Below the pieces are notes generated by a model, which saw only the letters and a list, made by a program, of their open reading frames with translations, did not search any database and was not told the origin of the DNA. The translations under genes were made by a program, and so were the position numbers. Positions 13,021 to 26,924 of a DNA stretch of 64,000 bases are shown piece after piece. Each line of letters begins with the position of its first letter. The first letter of the stretch is position 1. The DNA is from Octopus sinensis (taxonomy: Eukaryota), in contig NC_043004.1 in NCBI RefSeq assembly GCF_006345805.1, forward strand, positions 90,396,001 to 90,460,000. The letters are read 5' to 3'.

Positions 13021-13338
13021 CATCATCATCGTTTAGCATCCGCTTTCCATGCTGGCATGGGTTGGACAGTGCAACTGGGGTCTGGGAAGCCAGAAGGCTG
13101 CACCAGGCCCAGTCTGATCTGGTAATGTTTCTATGGCTGGATGCCCTTCCTAACGCCAACCACTCCATGAGTGTAGTGGGTGCTTTTTACGTTCCACTGG
13201 CACAGGTGCCAGACGAGGCTGGCAAACGGCCACGATCGGATGGTGCTTTGTAAGTGCCACCGGCACAGAAGCCAGTTGGGGTGGCGCTGGCAACGGCCAC
13301 GTTCGGATGGTTCTCTTATGTGCCACCGGTACTGGTAT
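13021..13338 (-). mobile_element. (GAT)n-tailed retroposon 3' segment (probable RTE-type LINE 3' UTR)
   Basis: No tRNA head; internal repeats of about 60 nt, aggaagggcatccagc block and (GAT)n tail. RTE assignment is inference. Confidence 0.75.
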
Positions 13339-13815
13339 GATTAGAGATGGGAATTAGGTGGATGCAGTAAATATCAGTTTGAGGAAAGGAGACGAAAATA
13401 AGAGTGAGTCAGAGAGGAAGAGATTAAGGTAGAGTAAGTAATCAGTATGAAGTGTAATGAGGGTGAATCTTTTCATCATGAGGAAAGGTGGTGCCTATCT
13501 ACTGGCAGGTATGCTCAAACTGGAAAGCTAGCCTGAATACTTGCTATAGAGTAGACTCCATGAAAGGCACTAAAGGTGCCAGATAGTGATATCAAAACCA
13601 AGCAGTTCCTCATGCATGTAAGTCATCTTTCTCCATGCCATATTGTCCAAAGGAAAAGCAAAAGCCAGTGCAGCTTGGCACCAGCATAGTCCTCTGGAAT
13701 AGTCATCAAAAAGCAGAGAGCCAAAATAAATACTGCAAAATGTCTTGCATGAAGCTTTAACAATTCCACCACCATTCCACTATCTTGGACTGATACTTAT
13801 GGTTGTCAACTTTAA

Positions 13816-14028
13816 CCCTTTTGTTACCAACCCGGCTGAAACCAGCTCTGGCTCTGTTGTCTTATTTTCTTAAGTTTTGAATTAAAATCTTCCACCAAAC
13901 CTTAGTCACAATTTATGTTCCTGACACTAGTTGAATGATAACTAAGCTGTTTTACTAAATTCTTTGTTATATTTAAAGTAATTGAAAGAAACACAGAGCA
14001 TCTCAAAATAAATACAGTAACGAAAGGG
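13816..14028. mobile_element. piggyBac-type MITE family B
   Basis: TTAA|CCCTTTTGTTAC...GTAACGAAAGGG|TTAA. Confidence 0.9.
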
Positions 14029-14949
14029 TTAAGTTTTGCAATGCTGATTAAACAGTTGATCATGGAAGGTAGTGTGACAATGTACAAGCAAAAATATTCA
14101 CAAACACATCAATATATGATTAGTCATCAGGATTTGATTGGTTGTCAAAACAGTTGCTAGCATGTATCATAAGGCTTCTCTTTGGAAATTATTCCAATAA
14201 TCGGCAACAAAATGATTTGAGAAACCTCAGCTTCTAATAGAATATACACAACTCTGCTTCACTTATTGAGTACTTCATTTTCTTTTGCGAATTTCTCTCT
14301 CTATCTCTATACACACTATTTTCTCCACATCATAACTATTCACTTACACATGCACCTATGCATATCACTCACTCTTTCGCTTTGAGGTGTTAGAAACTGA
14401 AGAATTTTGGGATGGAGTGAAATAAAAGCCTTATCTTCGAATTATTGTATAAGCACTGTTACATGCTTTCATTCTCCTTTCCTTACACACACGCACACTA
14501 GTTGCCTACTGCAATCACCTCAATTCACACCTCTCCATTATCTCTTTCTCTGTTCCAGCTGTAAGGTGAGGTGTCACCTAAGCTGCTGCTGCTGCTGTTG
14601 CTCTTACTACTACTACTATTACTATTACTGGTTGTGATGGTCTGGCTGATCTCTCTGCCTCCCTCTTTCTCTCCCTCTCGCTCTGTCTTTCCAATGGTGA
14701 CCACTCGCTTTTCTGTTGCTGTTTGTATTCCTGTTTATTACACATTCAGTCTCACATACACACGGACAAATATATAAGACATTTTATGCAGGGATGTCAT
14801 TGATATTTGATAATCACTGTTGTTAATAACCTGAGCAACAACGATAAGGAATAATTTCTGCAATTAGGGATTTTTGTTTTGAAAAATACAGTTTGCATCG
14901 TTCATCTCTTTCTCTCTTTGTCTCTGTCTCACATACAACAATTAACCAT

Positions 14950-15075
14950 CGTCACCACCACCACCACAGCTGTTACCACCACCATCGACGCCACTATCAT
15001 CATCACCACCACGGTTCCCACCACCACTGCCATCATAGTACTACCACTACCATCACCACCACCACCACCACCACC
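14950..15075. repeat. Degenerate (CAC/CAT)n trinucleotide array
   Basis: Read directly; produces the His-, Thr- and Pro-rich ORFs in the ORF track. Confidence 0.9.
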
Positions 15076-15128
15076 TTCGGCTATGTTGTTCGAATCACAG
15101 CTTTACATTTTGCTACGATGAACTTTCA

Positions 15129-15197
15129 ATGGGTCTTCTTCCATGTATGTCTTCTTCGTCAACGCAGTCATGTTTTTTCTTCCCTCTTCAATGTCAG
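15129..15197 (+). CDS. Candidate upstream first coding exon of FAK (MGLLPCMSSSSTQSCFFFPLQCQ), speculative
   Basis: First in-frame ATG after the stop at 15036-38. The 23 codons end exactly at CAG|GTAGGA (phase 0), compatible with the phase-0 acceptor at 34285. No homology evidence. Confidence 0.25.
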
Positions 15198-15361
15198 GTA
15201 GGAAAAGATGTCTTGTGAAGATTTCACCCCACATTTCATTTACCTTACAAACTAAACCAGCCTACGACACCACTACGCACACCAAACCATAATTATATTA
15301 CACATCTATTTCATATTTAATATATCTGATTGATACTCTGCATGTATACTATATATATATG

Positions 15362-15447
<86 letters not shown>

Positions 15448-16238
15448 CTTTGTAAATATCTGTTTATATTGCATGTCTTTCTATGGCATCTGTGTATGTG
15501 GCTTTTATGAGTGCATATAAACACTGTTCAACGTTTATACCCATGTAAACATGAATATAGGAAAAACCAGACTCGACCAATCCACTACATTAAATGAGTT
15601 TCATATTGTTTGCATTAAATATTTTTTTTTATCGTAACACACACGCGCGCATTCATTCATTCATTCATTTGTGTGTGTGTGTGAAATATATATTTGCACT
15701 CACAATTAATAATACATATATTGGCACACGCGCATTTGTGTATTCACAACAACACTATAAATAAGCATACGTACTTATATGTATTATAAATATTATATGT
15801 CCTGGATGTTGAATACTACTGATTCGTAAATCATAACGTTAATTTTTGTTTTTTTCAAGTTCAATTTCACTTTTCAATATACTCCTCGGAGCCGAGGCAA
15901 ATTGTGTGTGTGTGTGTGGCTGTGTGTGTGTGTGTACTCGCTCGCGCACGGACTCTATGCATTTATTATTATAATAATTATTAGGCAGTATTTTCGCCGA
16001 AGATTGGGTTCTTTGCATTCATTTTGATGTTGCATCCTTGTACGCTACAGTCTAAAATTCCCTGCCAGTTCTATATTAAAATTGCCGTTGGGCTTGGTGG
16101 AATGTAAAATACAAATTAGGAGGGTGGGCACATTTTGCCTTCGCTTTGTTTCTGTCTTCTCTAAGTTCATCACATAAATTGACCTGCTGCACATCGTTTG
16201 TTACACACACACGCACACTCACTTTCTCTCACACACAC

Positions 16239-16276
<38 letters not shown>

Positions 16277-16418
16277 GTCACATGTCATTGATTGTATGCA
16301 ACATGTTATATCGTGTCTGCTAACGGGATTCCTCGGGGTATGTTTATGATAAATGAATGTCACATCTGTCATTTTATATCGTATCTACTAATGGATATAA
16401 GATGGATATACGCGCGCG

Positions 16419-16476
<58 letters not shown>

Positions 16477-16833
16477 TATATATACTCACATACTATACTA
16501 TACACCCATACACATATATGGGCGTGAGACTCAAGTCGCGAGAGACACTATGCACACGTATTGCATATATATGGGATATACACTGATATTTACATGCACA
16601 CTCATCTATCTATCTACCTATTTCTGTCTATATATATATATATATATAATATATATATATAACGTTTTCATCACGAACTAAACACGCGTTATATCAGAAT
16701 CTGCTAATGGATATTTCACATCCATTGTATATGAGAATACATGCTGATATCCTCTCGTGTGTGGGCGTATCATAAATGAGCATTATTGTAGATGAAAAAA
16801 AATAATGTAATAATCCCTATATACACACACACA

Positions 16834-16878
<45 letters not shown>

Positions 16879-17247
16879 AGAGATCTCTAATGATACGATC
16901 GAGTTCTTGTGATGTCTAATGTATATGAATACGATCAAGTTTGGGTATTTTGTAAACAGTTCCAATATGCTGAGAATTTGGTGCTCTCTGTTACCAGAAG
17001 AGTGATTCAACACCTGTAGTTGGACAATGAAAAGAAAGAAAAAGAAGATTGACGTATCGCTATGGGAGACTGCTTGTGCATTCAAAATCATTGGGGTTTT
17101 TTTTATGATTGGTTTTTCATAACTGTTTCTTTGTAACACCTTCCCTCCCACTGTTTGTCTCTGTGACGTCCCTGCGTTTTTTGCCTTTGTGACAACTAAG
17201 AGAATTGTGTGTGTGTATATAGATATCTGTAAGCATGTTTGTGTGTG

Positions 17248-17288
<41 letters not shown>

Positions 17289-20119
17289 TGTATGTATGTG
17301 TATGTGTGCATGCATGTTTTGTGTGTGTACTTGTGTGCTGTATTTACATGTACAATGCAACCTCAAAATACAATGCCACCTATTTCTTGAACAAAAAAAA
17401 AATCAATATTTTTTTTGTTTTTAGTCAGCGATAATGCTAGCCTCTCCCACCCACCCATTGCAGGCTCCAATGTTTTGTATTAAAATTGTTACATTATACA
17501 CATGTTGAAATGGTATGCATTGTATACAAGTGTTGCTTTTTCTCCCATGATAACTTGAACCATCTCTTACAAGTGAATCCACAGTATTGCAACAGTAGAC
17601 AACCACACCTGTTGATTACAGACACCTGTCACAGAGACCATCAGCCATTTTTGTGATTCCAGTGACAGACAATATACACACACTTAGGGACCAAGAGCAC
17701 AAAGCCTGAACAGATACTGTAATGCATTTTGTCCCTCTGTTCTAATGATTCTGAGTTCAAATCCTCATAATGACAACTTTGTCATTTTGAAAGTCCCAGT
17801 ACAAGATGGTGGAATGGCAAAATTGATACTGCATTGGACAAGATGCCTTATGTTACTTCTTCTGGTTCTTTTATGTTTTAACCTCTTGGATGCTAGACTT
17901 AATTCATTGTCCAATTTAACACTGCTACGTAGTGCTTGGGTTAGGGTTCATTCTGTTGCAAGTATCAGCTGAGATCTCTCGTTGGAAATAATTTCCTCAT
18001 TTCCTCTAAAGAGTGTCGGAGGTCCTAAAAAAAATAAGATCCTGTGTACTGCTCTTTCCTCTTTGAGTGGTTGAAGCTAAAACTTTAAAAAAAAAAAAAA
18101 GCTTTTCTAATTTTCCATTTTTTTCAAACCTCCTAATTGGGAATGGAAGAACAACACCTATGATCTCTCTCCCCATCTTTTAAAAAATTTTTTTTATCAT
18201 GTCTTCCAAGACTGAAGAAAGTTAATTTCAAATCAAGGGCCTGATCTGAATCCATGCCTCCAGTTGCCCACTTTACTGTTTACACCATCTTTAGTGCCTT
18301 CCATCCATGCATGTTGATTCAGATATTTATCTCCTCTTAAAACTGGTCAGGAGTATTAAAAGTAATACCAAGATACTTGATGTAATCCGTGACTGTTCCA
18401 GAATTTCACCTTTGAAGTATAATAGGGACATTTTCTTGAGATACCAGTGGGTACAGTTTTGTCTTGGTCACATTTATTTTCATGCCAACCTGTGGCACAC
18501 TTAAACTTGAACTATCTATGAGCTGATTGGACAGCCAGGTAGTCGTCACTAATTACTGCAAGGCCTTAAGTTAAGCTCAGTGATATCTAGAAAATCTAGT
18601 AGGGCATTCCCTGCAGTTCAGTCAGTTACAAAGATGGAGAGCTTTGGAGACAGAACACAGTATGCTATGTATATAGTATGCTATAATTTGATTTGGCAGC
18701 TGAAGTCCCCTGAGGACACTGCAGTTGACAGAATCAGAACTGTGTGAGTGAGAGAAACAGAGAGAGAGAGAGAGAGAGAGAGAGGTTCTGCTTAATTGTT
18801 CACAAGCAAATGTACTGTTTATCATAGAACTTTGATAAAATGTTGTTTTGTTTCTGCCTTTTTCTAAATGTTTTTGCATGTAATCTGAAGGAGGAGGGGC
18901 CAGGGGAGTATCTACCTGATGTAGGGAACAACTATTCTCACATAATGTGTGTTCAGATACACAATATATCTAAAATTAAATAAATTGGCAAGTCAATACT
19001 GGAAATCTTTTAATGATGGGTCTGTTGGATCTAATTCTCACCTCAGCTTTTTCTCCAAATGTTATGGCAAAAAACCAAATCTATTTTTGTTTCATGTCCA
19101 AAATACACTTGAAAAGAAAAACTGAAGGAAATGTTAGCACCTGCAATGGTCTACAACAAACCAAACCAGATTGTCCAGATGCATGCCACAAACTGTTGTT
19201 CTTTGGACCTTTTTGTTTTTAGAGCTATAAATATCCGAATTATATATTTAGATTCAATGTTTCATTGAGTCGTTGGGACATTACTGAATGTTTGGCCTTC
19301 ATGTACTGATATGAGAAATGCAAGTGAGAGTTATACAGTAATGGTCACATTTTGCCTTCTCTGGGCCCATGGTAAGGTCTGCACTTGGTACACTGTGTGT
19401 GCACATCTTTGTGTTTGTTTCTCACCTGACAGTTGTTCATTTGTTTACATTCCTGTAACTTAGCAGAGAGATTGATAGAATATGTACCACACTTAATTAC
19501 TGGAGTCAAGTTAATCAATTAAATCCTTCAAGGTGGTGCCCCAGCATGGTTGTAGTCCAATAACTGAAATAAGTAAAATAAATGTATAACTCCACACCAC
19601 ATGATACCATAAAATAAAGTAAAAATTTAGATGAGAAATGATGAATCTGGTAATTACAAAAATTACCTGATAATTAGGAAAAATTTTTATTCTGACCAGC
19701 AATGAGTCTCTCAGTAGACGACTCATTTGTGTTAGGGGATGAAATAGAGGCCTTAGATGTTGGCATAACTTTGTTTCTTTTTTTATTTTAGAAAGGGGAG
19801 AGAAGAGGGTCAGTGCCCATGACCTTTGCGAGGAAAGCTTGAAATAATTAACTGACATTATTGTCTGGAATGTTCTGAAAATAACTTGCCAAAATTGACA
19901 ACACTTAAAAATAATAATTTCTCCAATTGGCGCAAGGCCACATGTTTTAGGGGAGAATATATTTCTAGTAGTTGACTGATAATGTATTTTTATTTTTAAG
20001 TCCAGAGGGATAAATATCAACACTGACAAAATGTAAACTCAGAATGTAACTGAGATTTAGTAATTAAATGCTGTAAGTGGTTTTTGGTCCTGCTCTGTGT
20101 TTCTTCGTATCACTTGCAA

Positions 20120-21290
20120 TAGCAGAATCAATAAAATACCTTGCTGTATTTAGTTGTCATCACTTTGTTAAATTCAAATCCAGTTGAGATCAGCTTTAAA
20201 TGTCATCGTTTCAAAAGTCAATAAAATAAAGTGCCTGTTAAGTGAGTGGATTGATTTCTCAACTATATCTCACCCTTGAAATTTATGGTCTTCTTCTTAT
20301 GTTAGAAAACAGTTTTAGTATTAGAATGGTTGATTGTCAGGACTATTAGTATTGGATAAAATACCTTGAAGTATTTATTCTGGCTCCTTACATTCCGAGT
20401 TCAGATCAAAGGTCAGCTATGTCCTTCATCCCTTCAGGGTTGATAATATATAGTATCAATCAAACATAAGGAGTAATCATATTAACCGCATCACCTCAAA
20501 ATTGCTGGCACTTGTCCCTAAATTAGAAACAATTAAGAGTGATGGTTGGTGGAATTATTAGAGTTCTAGCAAAAATACCCTCTGGTATTTGTTTTGGATT
20601 CTTGCATTCTGAGTTCAAATTCTGTTGGGGCCAAATTTACATTTCATCTTTTCAGGGTCAATAAAATAAATTATTTTAATACTGGAGTCATTGATATCAA
20701 GTAACCTTATTCCCTCATAATTACTGGCTTTATACCAAATGAAAACCTATTATTATTGTAATTATTATTTACACTCAGAGGTCAAATTTGACAATGTTCA
20801 TTTTTAAAGAGTGATAAGATAAATTACTAGCCAAGTACTAGGTTTGAGGCTATCAACTAATCCTCTCACTTCATAATTAATTACTGGCCTTGTGCCTAAA
20901 GTTAGAAACCGTTATTAATCTGGTGGCGAGTGTGCAGTATTAATGAATGCCCAAGGGAATTTTAATTACACACTTTTCCATTGAGTCGATAAAATAGTTC
21001 CGTTCAGTGTCATGGTTGATTAGTCTTTTCTTACAAATTCATGCTTAGAAATCATTATTAGGGCTTAAGTGAGGGCAGTGAGCTAACAGAATTGTTAGCA
21101 CAATGAGCAAAATACTTAGAGGCCCTTTGTCTTTAGGTTCTACATCCCACTGAAATCAACTTTGCCATTCATCCTTTCAGGGTCAATACAATAAGTACCA
21201 GTTGATTACTAGGGTTGATTACACAGACTTGTCCCTTCCTTTGAACTTGTTGGCCTTGTGCCAAAATTTGAAACCATAATTAGGGCTTGG
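20120..21290 (+). repeat. Head-to-tail chain of about 5-6 old SINE-B-related copies
   Basis: Recurring degenerate blocks gagttcaaat, tttcatcc.ttcagggtc(g/a)ata and ggccttgtgcc.aaa.t.gaaac, all in the same orientation. Confidence 0.6.
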
Positions 21291-21316
21291 TTGAAGATGA
21301 CACAAGATGACCTAGT

Positions 21317-21553
21317 AATACCTATTTCTTTACTACCCACAAGGGGCTAAACACAGAGGGGACAAACAAGGACAGACAAACGGATTGTCGATTATATCGA
21401 CCCCAGTGCGTAACTGGTATTTAATTTATTGACCTCGAAAGGATGAAAGGCAAAGTCGACCTCGGCGGAATTTGAACTCAAGACGTAGCGGCAGACGAAG
21501 TACCACTAAACATTTCGCCCGACGTGCTAACGTTTCTGCCAGCTCGTCGCCTT
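21317..21553 (-). mobile_element. SINE-B, full length
   Basis: Reverse-complement match from aaggcgacgagctgg to aaagaaataggtatt. Confidence 0.9.
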
Positions 21554-22211
21554 ACGACCCAGTAAGGGTATTATGACCCAGTAATACCCTTTGAGGAACA
21601 GATGCCACTGTGACAATGTTAGAAAAAGCAGAGTGAGAAGAGATTTGTGGGCCAGAGGTTTGTTTGTATTGGCAAGTAGCTCTGTGATAATGAGTCAGGT
21701 GATCTTATATTTAGATGCAGTCTAAGATGCTTTTATCTTCCTATAAATTCCCATGTTGACATGTTTTGTCATAGACCAAGGAAGCAGTGTCCTTCCACAC
21801 ATCTCAATTTTCATCATTTTAATGTATACTTTTCTATGCTTGTATTGAATTCATTAAGACAGATTTTCTATGACCAGGTGCCTTTCCTGTCATCAATCCT
21901 CATATGTTTCCAAGTAAGGTACTAGTATCCCATGTCCAGACATATTAACATGGAGGATTGGGAACAAAGTGCATTGCTAGTTTGACACTGACCTCATTTA
22001 CAACTCTATCTTGTGATGTTGAGACAAGGTGACATCAATACACACACTGTTTACCAAATCCATTCACAGCTTTGGTTGACCCAGGGCTTTAGTAGAAGAC
22101 ACTTGCCCAAAGTGTCATACAGTGGGACTGAACCTGAAACCATGTGGTTGGGAAGCAAACTTCTTATCCACACAGTCATGTCTGGGCCTATATTACATAT
22201 TACATTCTATA

Positions 22212-22330
22212 GGGGTCGATAAATAAAGTACCAGTTTCGCACTGGGGTGGTCGATGTAATCGACTTAATCCCTTTGTCTGTCCTTGTTTGTCCCCTCTAT
22301 GTTTAGCCCCTTGTAGGCAATAAAGAAATA
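22212..22330 (+). mobile_element. SINE-B 3' half
   Basis: Flanked by a direct repeat of about 23 bp (tatattacatattacattctata). Confidence 0.85.
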
Positions 22331-22596
22331 TATATTACATATTACATTCTATAAGGATGCTGCTCAGAACATGATGCTGCATCTATTTTATACTGACATA
22401 AGTGGGAGGATTCCTTTTGGGGACAAATTATGACTATTTTGCATATTATTAAGACAGTTGCCTTTTTAGGTACACCTCTTCCCCTTTTCTGCTGTTAGTC
22501 AGCTACACGTACAGATAGAACTGAAATAACTTTAAAAAACATCTCTACATCACCAATCATTGAATAAAGAGAGGTTTCTTATTGGTTTGGTTGGTT

Positions 22597-22953
22597 TACT
22601 CTCTTTTACTCTTTTACTTGTTTCAGTCATTTGACTGCGGCCATGCTGGAGCACCGCCTTTAATCAAGCAACTCAACCCCGAGACTTATTCTTTCGTAAG
22701 CCCAGTACTTATTCTATCGGTCTCTTTTGCCGAACCGCTAAGTAACGGGGACATAAACACACCAGCATCGGTTGTCAAGCAATGCTAGGGGGACAAACAG
22801 ACACACACGCATATATATATACATATATACGACGGGCTTCTTTCAGTTTCCGTCTACCAAATCCACTCACAAGGCATTGGTCGGCCCGAGGCTATAGTAG
22901 AAGACACTTGCCCAAGGTGCCACGCAGTGAGACCGAACCCAGAACCATGTGGT
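22597..22953 (-). mobile_element. SINE-A, 5'-truncated
   Basis: Reverse-complement match from the tail to the B-box region. Confidence 0.9.
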
Positions 22954-23322
22954 TTATTGGTGTATTTTGTAATTATTATTACACCAATGTTGGATTTGTA
23001 GATTGCAACCAATCTTTCTCCGCTCCCTTGTTAGTTTTTTTTTTTCTCTCTCTCTAAACAATCCAAACTGAGAAGGGAGCAGAATATTGAATTGTAACTA
23101 TTTTAAGGATTTAGAAGGTTAGGGTTTCATGAGTTTCATATAGTTTTTACATCTATCGACAGCTGTATTCTCTGTTCATTGGTGCTACATTATTAAGTGT
23201 TTACCACTCAGTTATTTATACTTCTCACTATTATGTTTCTTGTTACCCATTACAAGATTATTATCCTGATTTCAAGTTTCCCTACAATCATAGTGTTGTG
23301 TTCCTGGGTACAGCAAGATGGT

Positions 23323-23671
23323 GATCTCATTCTCGCTCACAACATCATAAGCGGAAAGTGTAACCCCTCGAAAGAGCTGTTCTTCACTCCTGCTCCAGAG
23401 CGTCGGCTGTGGGGTCATTCCGAAAAGCTCTATCTGCAATGATTTCATCTCAATCGAAGGAGAGGGGCTTTCTCCTTCTGGGTTGCGGATCCGTGGAATA
23501 AGCTACCAGACGAGATGGTGAAGATGCCGACGACCGCTTTGTTCAAAGTCTCCCTTGACCTCAAGTGGCCTGAACTCTTTACATGAACACCCTCCCTGTA
23601 CATAACTCCATGTCCCCCTACATGGCCTTGCTTTTTGCTTTTTGAGCCAAAAATTAACTAACTAACTAACT
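23323..23671 (+). mobile_element. CR1-type LINE 3' end with (TAAC)n tail
   Basis: Encodes DLILAHNII...GHSEKLYL...WNKLPDEMV...FKVSLD, the CR1 ORF2 C-terminus; TSD AAGATGGT at 23315-22 and 23672-79. Confidence 0.88.
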
Positions 23672-24196
23672 AAGATGGTTGTAGCCATGCAGCCAAACAA
23701 ACCTTGCCCTATCTAAATACCAAAAGGAAGTTAAAGCTTTGTTTGCTGGTTGAGTAGCAAAGGAGAACAGCAGGTGGGATAGGGGTAGCAGACATCTAGT
23801 TTTTCCTAAAAATCAATTGCACCACCAATATATGTACACTTTTTGCTGAAAAGCCATTTCCATTCATGCTGACGTATTAAAAAGCAAAATAATAAATGAA
23901 TGTAATTCATTGATGCTTTAGTATCTTCGAATATTGAATTATAAATTGGTAGTGGAAAGATTCAGCTGTTTTTTTGCTTTTTGTCATAAATTTATGTTTA
24001 TAAAAGAATGTAAGAACTTCTAATTAAAAACAAATGCTTGTTGGCACCATTTCATCTTCCTGCGTCAAACCAACTACAGAGCCTCTATGCGGCTAGAAAT
24101 GGTTGCCAAATCTCTCAAATTGCACTCTATTTACTGTCTTAAAAATGGACACCTTGGATAATACAGTACTATGTACACTACCTGAGAAAACAATTT

Positions 24197-24532
24197 GTGG
24201 CTGTTGCCAGCCTCACCTGGCCCCCGTGCCGGTGGCATGTAAAAAGCACCATCCGATCGTGGCCGTTGCCAGCCTCGCCTGGCCCCTGTGCTGGTGGCAC
24301 GTAAAAAGCACCATCCGTCCGTGGCCGTTTGCCAGCTCCGTCTGGCACCTGTGCGCGTGGCACGTAAAAAGCACACACTACACTCACGGAGTGGTTGGCG
24401 TTAGGAAGGGCATCCAGCCATAGAAACACTGCCAGATGCAGCCTTCTGGCCTCCCAGACCCCAATTGAACCGTCCAACCCATGCTAGCATGGAAAACGGA
24501 TGCTAAACAATGATGATGATGATGATGATGAT
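24197..24532 (+). mobile_element. (GAT)n-tailed retroposon 3' segment
   Basis: Three gtggca(c/t)gtaaaaagcac units, then the shared 3' block and (GAT)n. Confidence 0.8.
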
Positions 24533-26232
24533 AGCTGGAATAGCTTTGATTTGAGGACTGCTTAGTCAGGATTCATTTAAAACACAGAAAAATAAAGAAA
24601 TGTCGAACACTTATCAACACAAGTTCAATACTTTTTACTAGTTTACAATTTCCTGTGAAAATTTTGAAATCTAAAACTGGGTTCAATGACTCATCCTGGC
24701 ATTGATTGGGGATTTTACTCTAATTAGGAAGATATGATATTGCAGTGTGCAATCAATACAAACAGGAAACATCATTATGGTTGCTTAATTTGTTAGAAAT
24801 AGCAGCAAAATCTGTCTCAAATTTTAGAAAAAGAAAAGAAAAACAACAGGTCAAACATGTTGGATAATGTAGGGTTGAGAGTTGGTTTGACTGCATCCCT
24901 TTTGATCATGGATCTGCTGGATCAGGTGTGACTGGAGCTATAAACAGTGACAATAACAATATTAGATTGTGTTGGTATCAGAAACAGAAGACCTCAAGAA
25001 ATATGTATATATATACGTGTGTGTAAATGTATAAATTTTCCAAATGCATCCTGTCCATGCTAACATGCAAAAAAAAAAAAGAGTGAAATAATAAGAATTT
25101 TTTAAAAATCCCAAAATTGAGTGATGACACCTGAATGACTGAATTGAAAACATTTAAGCCCCAAGTTTTTTTTCCTTTTTTATTTTTTTTTGGTTTGGTT
25201 GGGAAAGCTGAAGGGGACTCAGCAGTGGGGATGGGGGATTCAATGACCTAAAAAGTAAATAAATGAGAAAGAAAAAAATGTGCTTCTTCCTTGAAGCATC
25301 TGATTCTTCATGGTAGAAATCAATTTTTTTGCTCCCCTCCTCATTCCATATGGAACAATTCTAAAGTAGCAACTAGAAAAGAGAGAGCTAGTTGATACCA
25401 TTGTTACTCAATCCAGCAGATCTTAAGGGATAGTGTGGCAGCTGTGGTAGGGGTTGGATGTCCTATATGGTGATGATGATATAAAAGATTAGTAGGAAAG
25501 TTGGATCAATAATATGGAAAAGATGGTTAATGGCTGGATGAGGAAGAAAATGCACACACACACTCACATAATGTAAAAGGAGTTTCAAATCTATTAAAAT
25601 TATATTTGAAGATGTTTTAGCAGGAATTTGGCAGATGTTTTTTTAATTTTATTCTTTGGGGGTTTTAAACAAAATGAGGGGAAAAAAAAGCTTTTCTTTT
25701 TAAATCTTAGTCTCCCCCGTTTTTTTTTTTTTTTTTCACCCTATTTCCACCATTTTATATAATATTTGTTTTCTTTTATGCATAAGGTATTTAAGGTGAG
25801 GTTAGTATTGATCTGCCTGAATGAAGTCCCATGTGAGTTGCAGCCAATGTTGTACAAGTTCCAAGTCTGAAAACAGAAAAGAGTGGGAAAGACGGGTGAA
25901 GGTTGTGAGTTTTCCTCAAGAATTAGAAATAAATCAATATTTTAGATTTAAAAAAAAAAAAAAAATCTAGTTTTTGCTTTATTTTTTTAATCATACTATG
26001 ATGACTGTTTTTATTTTCATATTTAAATACCCTTTTATACTAAAAACTACTCAAATTTCAAATTAGAATGTAATCCCTTGTCAACCAAGCAAACTGGGGT
26101 GATCAGTCATGTACCCTATCTAGGGGCACAACCCTTTACTTGTTACATCTTGCTTATTGTGGTAACTTGGGTGGGAGTATTCTTTGGGGGCAAAGTATAG
26201 ATATTTACATATTGTTGAAGCAGTTGCCTTCA

Positions 26233-26435
26233 TACTCTCTTTTTTACTCTCTTTTACTTGTTTCAGTCATTTGACTGTGGCCATGCTGGAGCACCGCCTT
26301 TAGTCAAGCAAATCGATCCCGGGCCTTATTCTTTGTAAGCCCAGTACTTATTCTATCGGTCTCTTTTGCCGAACCGCTAAGTAACGTGGACATAAACACA
26401 CCAGCAATGCTTGTCAAGCAATGCTTGGGGGACAA

Positions 26436-26506
<71 letters not shown>

Positions 26507-26677
26507 TATATACGACAGGCTTCTTTCAGTTTCCGTCTACCAAATCCACTCACAAGGCATTGGTCGGCCCGGGGCTATAGCAGAAGACACTTGCCCAAGA
26601 TGCCACGCAGTGGGATTGAACCCGGAAACCATGTGGTTGGTTAGCAAGCTACTTACCACACAGCCACTCCTGCGTCT
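26233..26677 (-). mobile_element. SINE-A, full length
   Basis: Reverse-complement match with an internal (TA)n array. Confidence 0.9.
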
Positions 26678-26924
26678 AGGTAGACCTTTCTTCCCATCTT
26701 GTTGTTAATCGGTCTACTATAATTCCAAATAGATCTTGCTCGGTAACTGATTTCCCAGTGGCATAAATATATTAGTTGTAAGGCCTTGAATTCATAATCT
26801 ACATGGTCAATGATGTGACAGTTATTGTGCATCTTGGCTGAGACAATAAGATGCAAGTGTCAGTTTAAAGGTTCTCAGTTCATACCACATCATCAAACCC
26901 TAGTCTTCAGCAAAAACACTTTAA

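Noticed and set aside
14879-15201. His-rich and Thr/Pro-rich ORFs
   Set aside because: Explained by the (CAC)n array; only the third frame was kept as a speculative exon.
17062-17136. Short MGDCLC... ORF resembling a lipidation motif
   Set aside because: Closes after 24 codons with no convincing splice donor.
16783-20029. Minus-strand ORFs of 167 aa (16783-17286) and 172 aa (19511-20029)
   Set aside because: They start in or span microsatellites and AT-rich repeat debris, with no motif or splice support.
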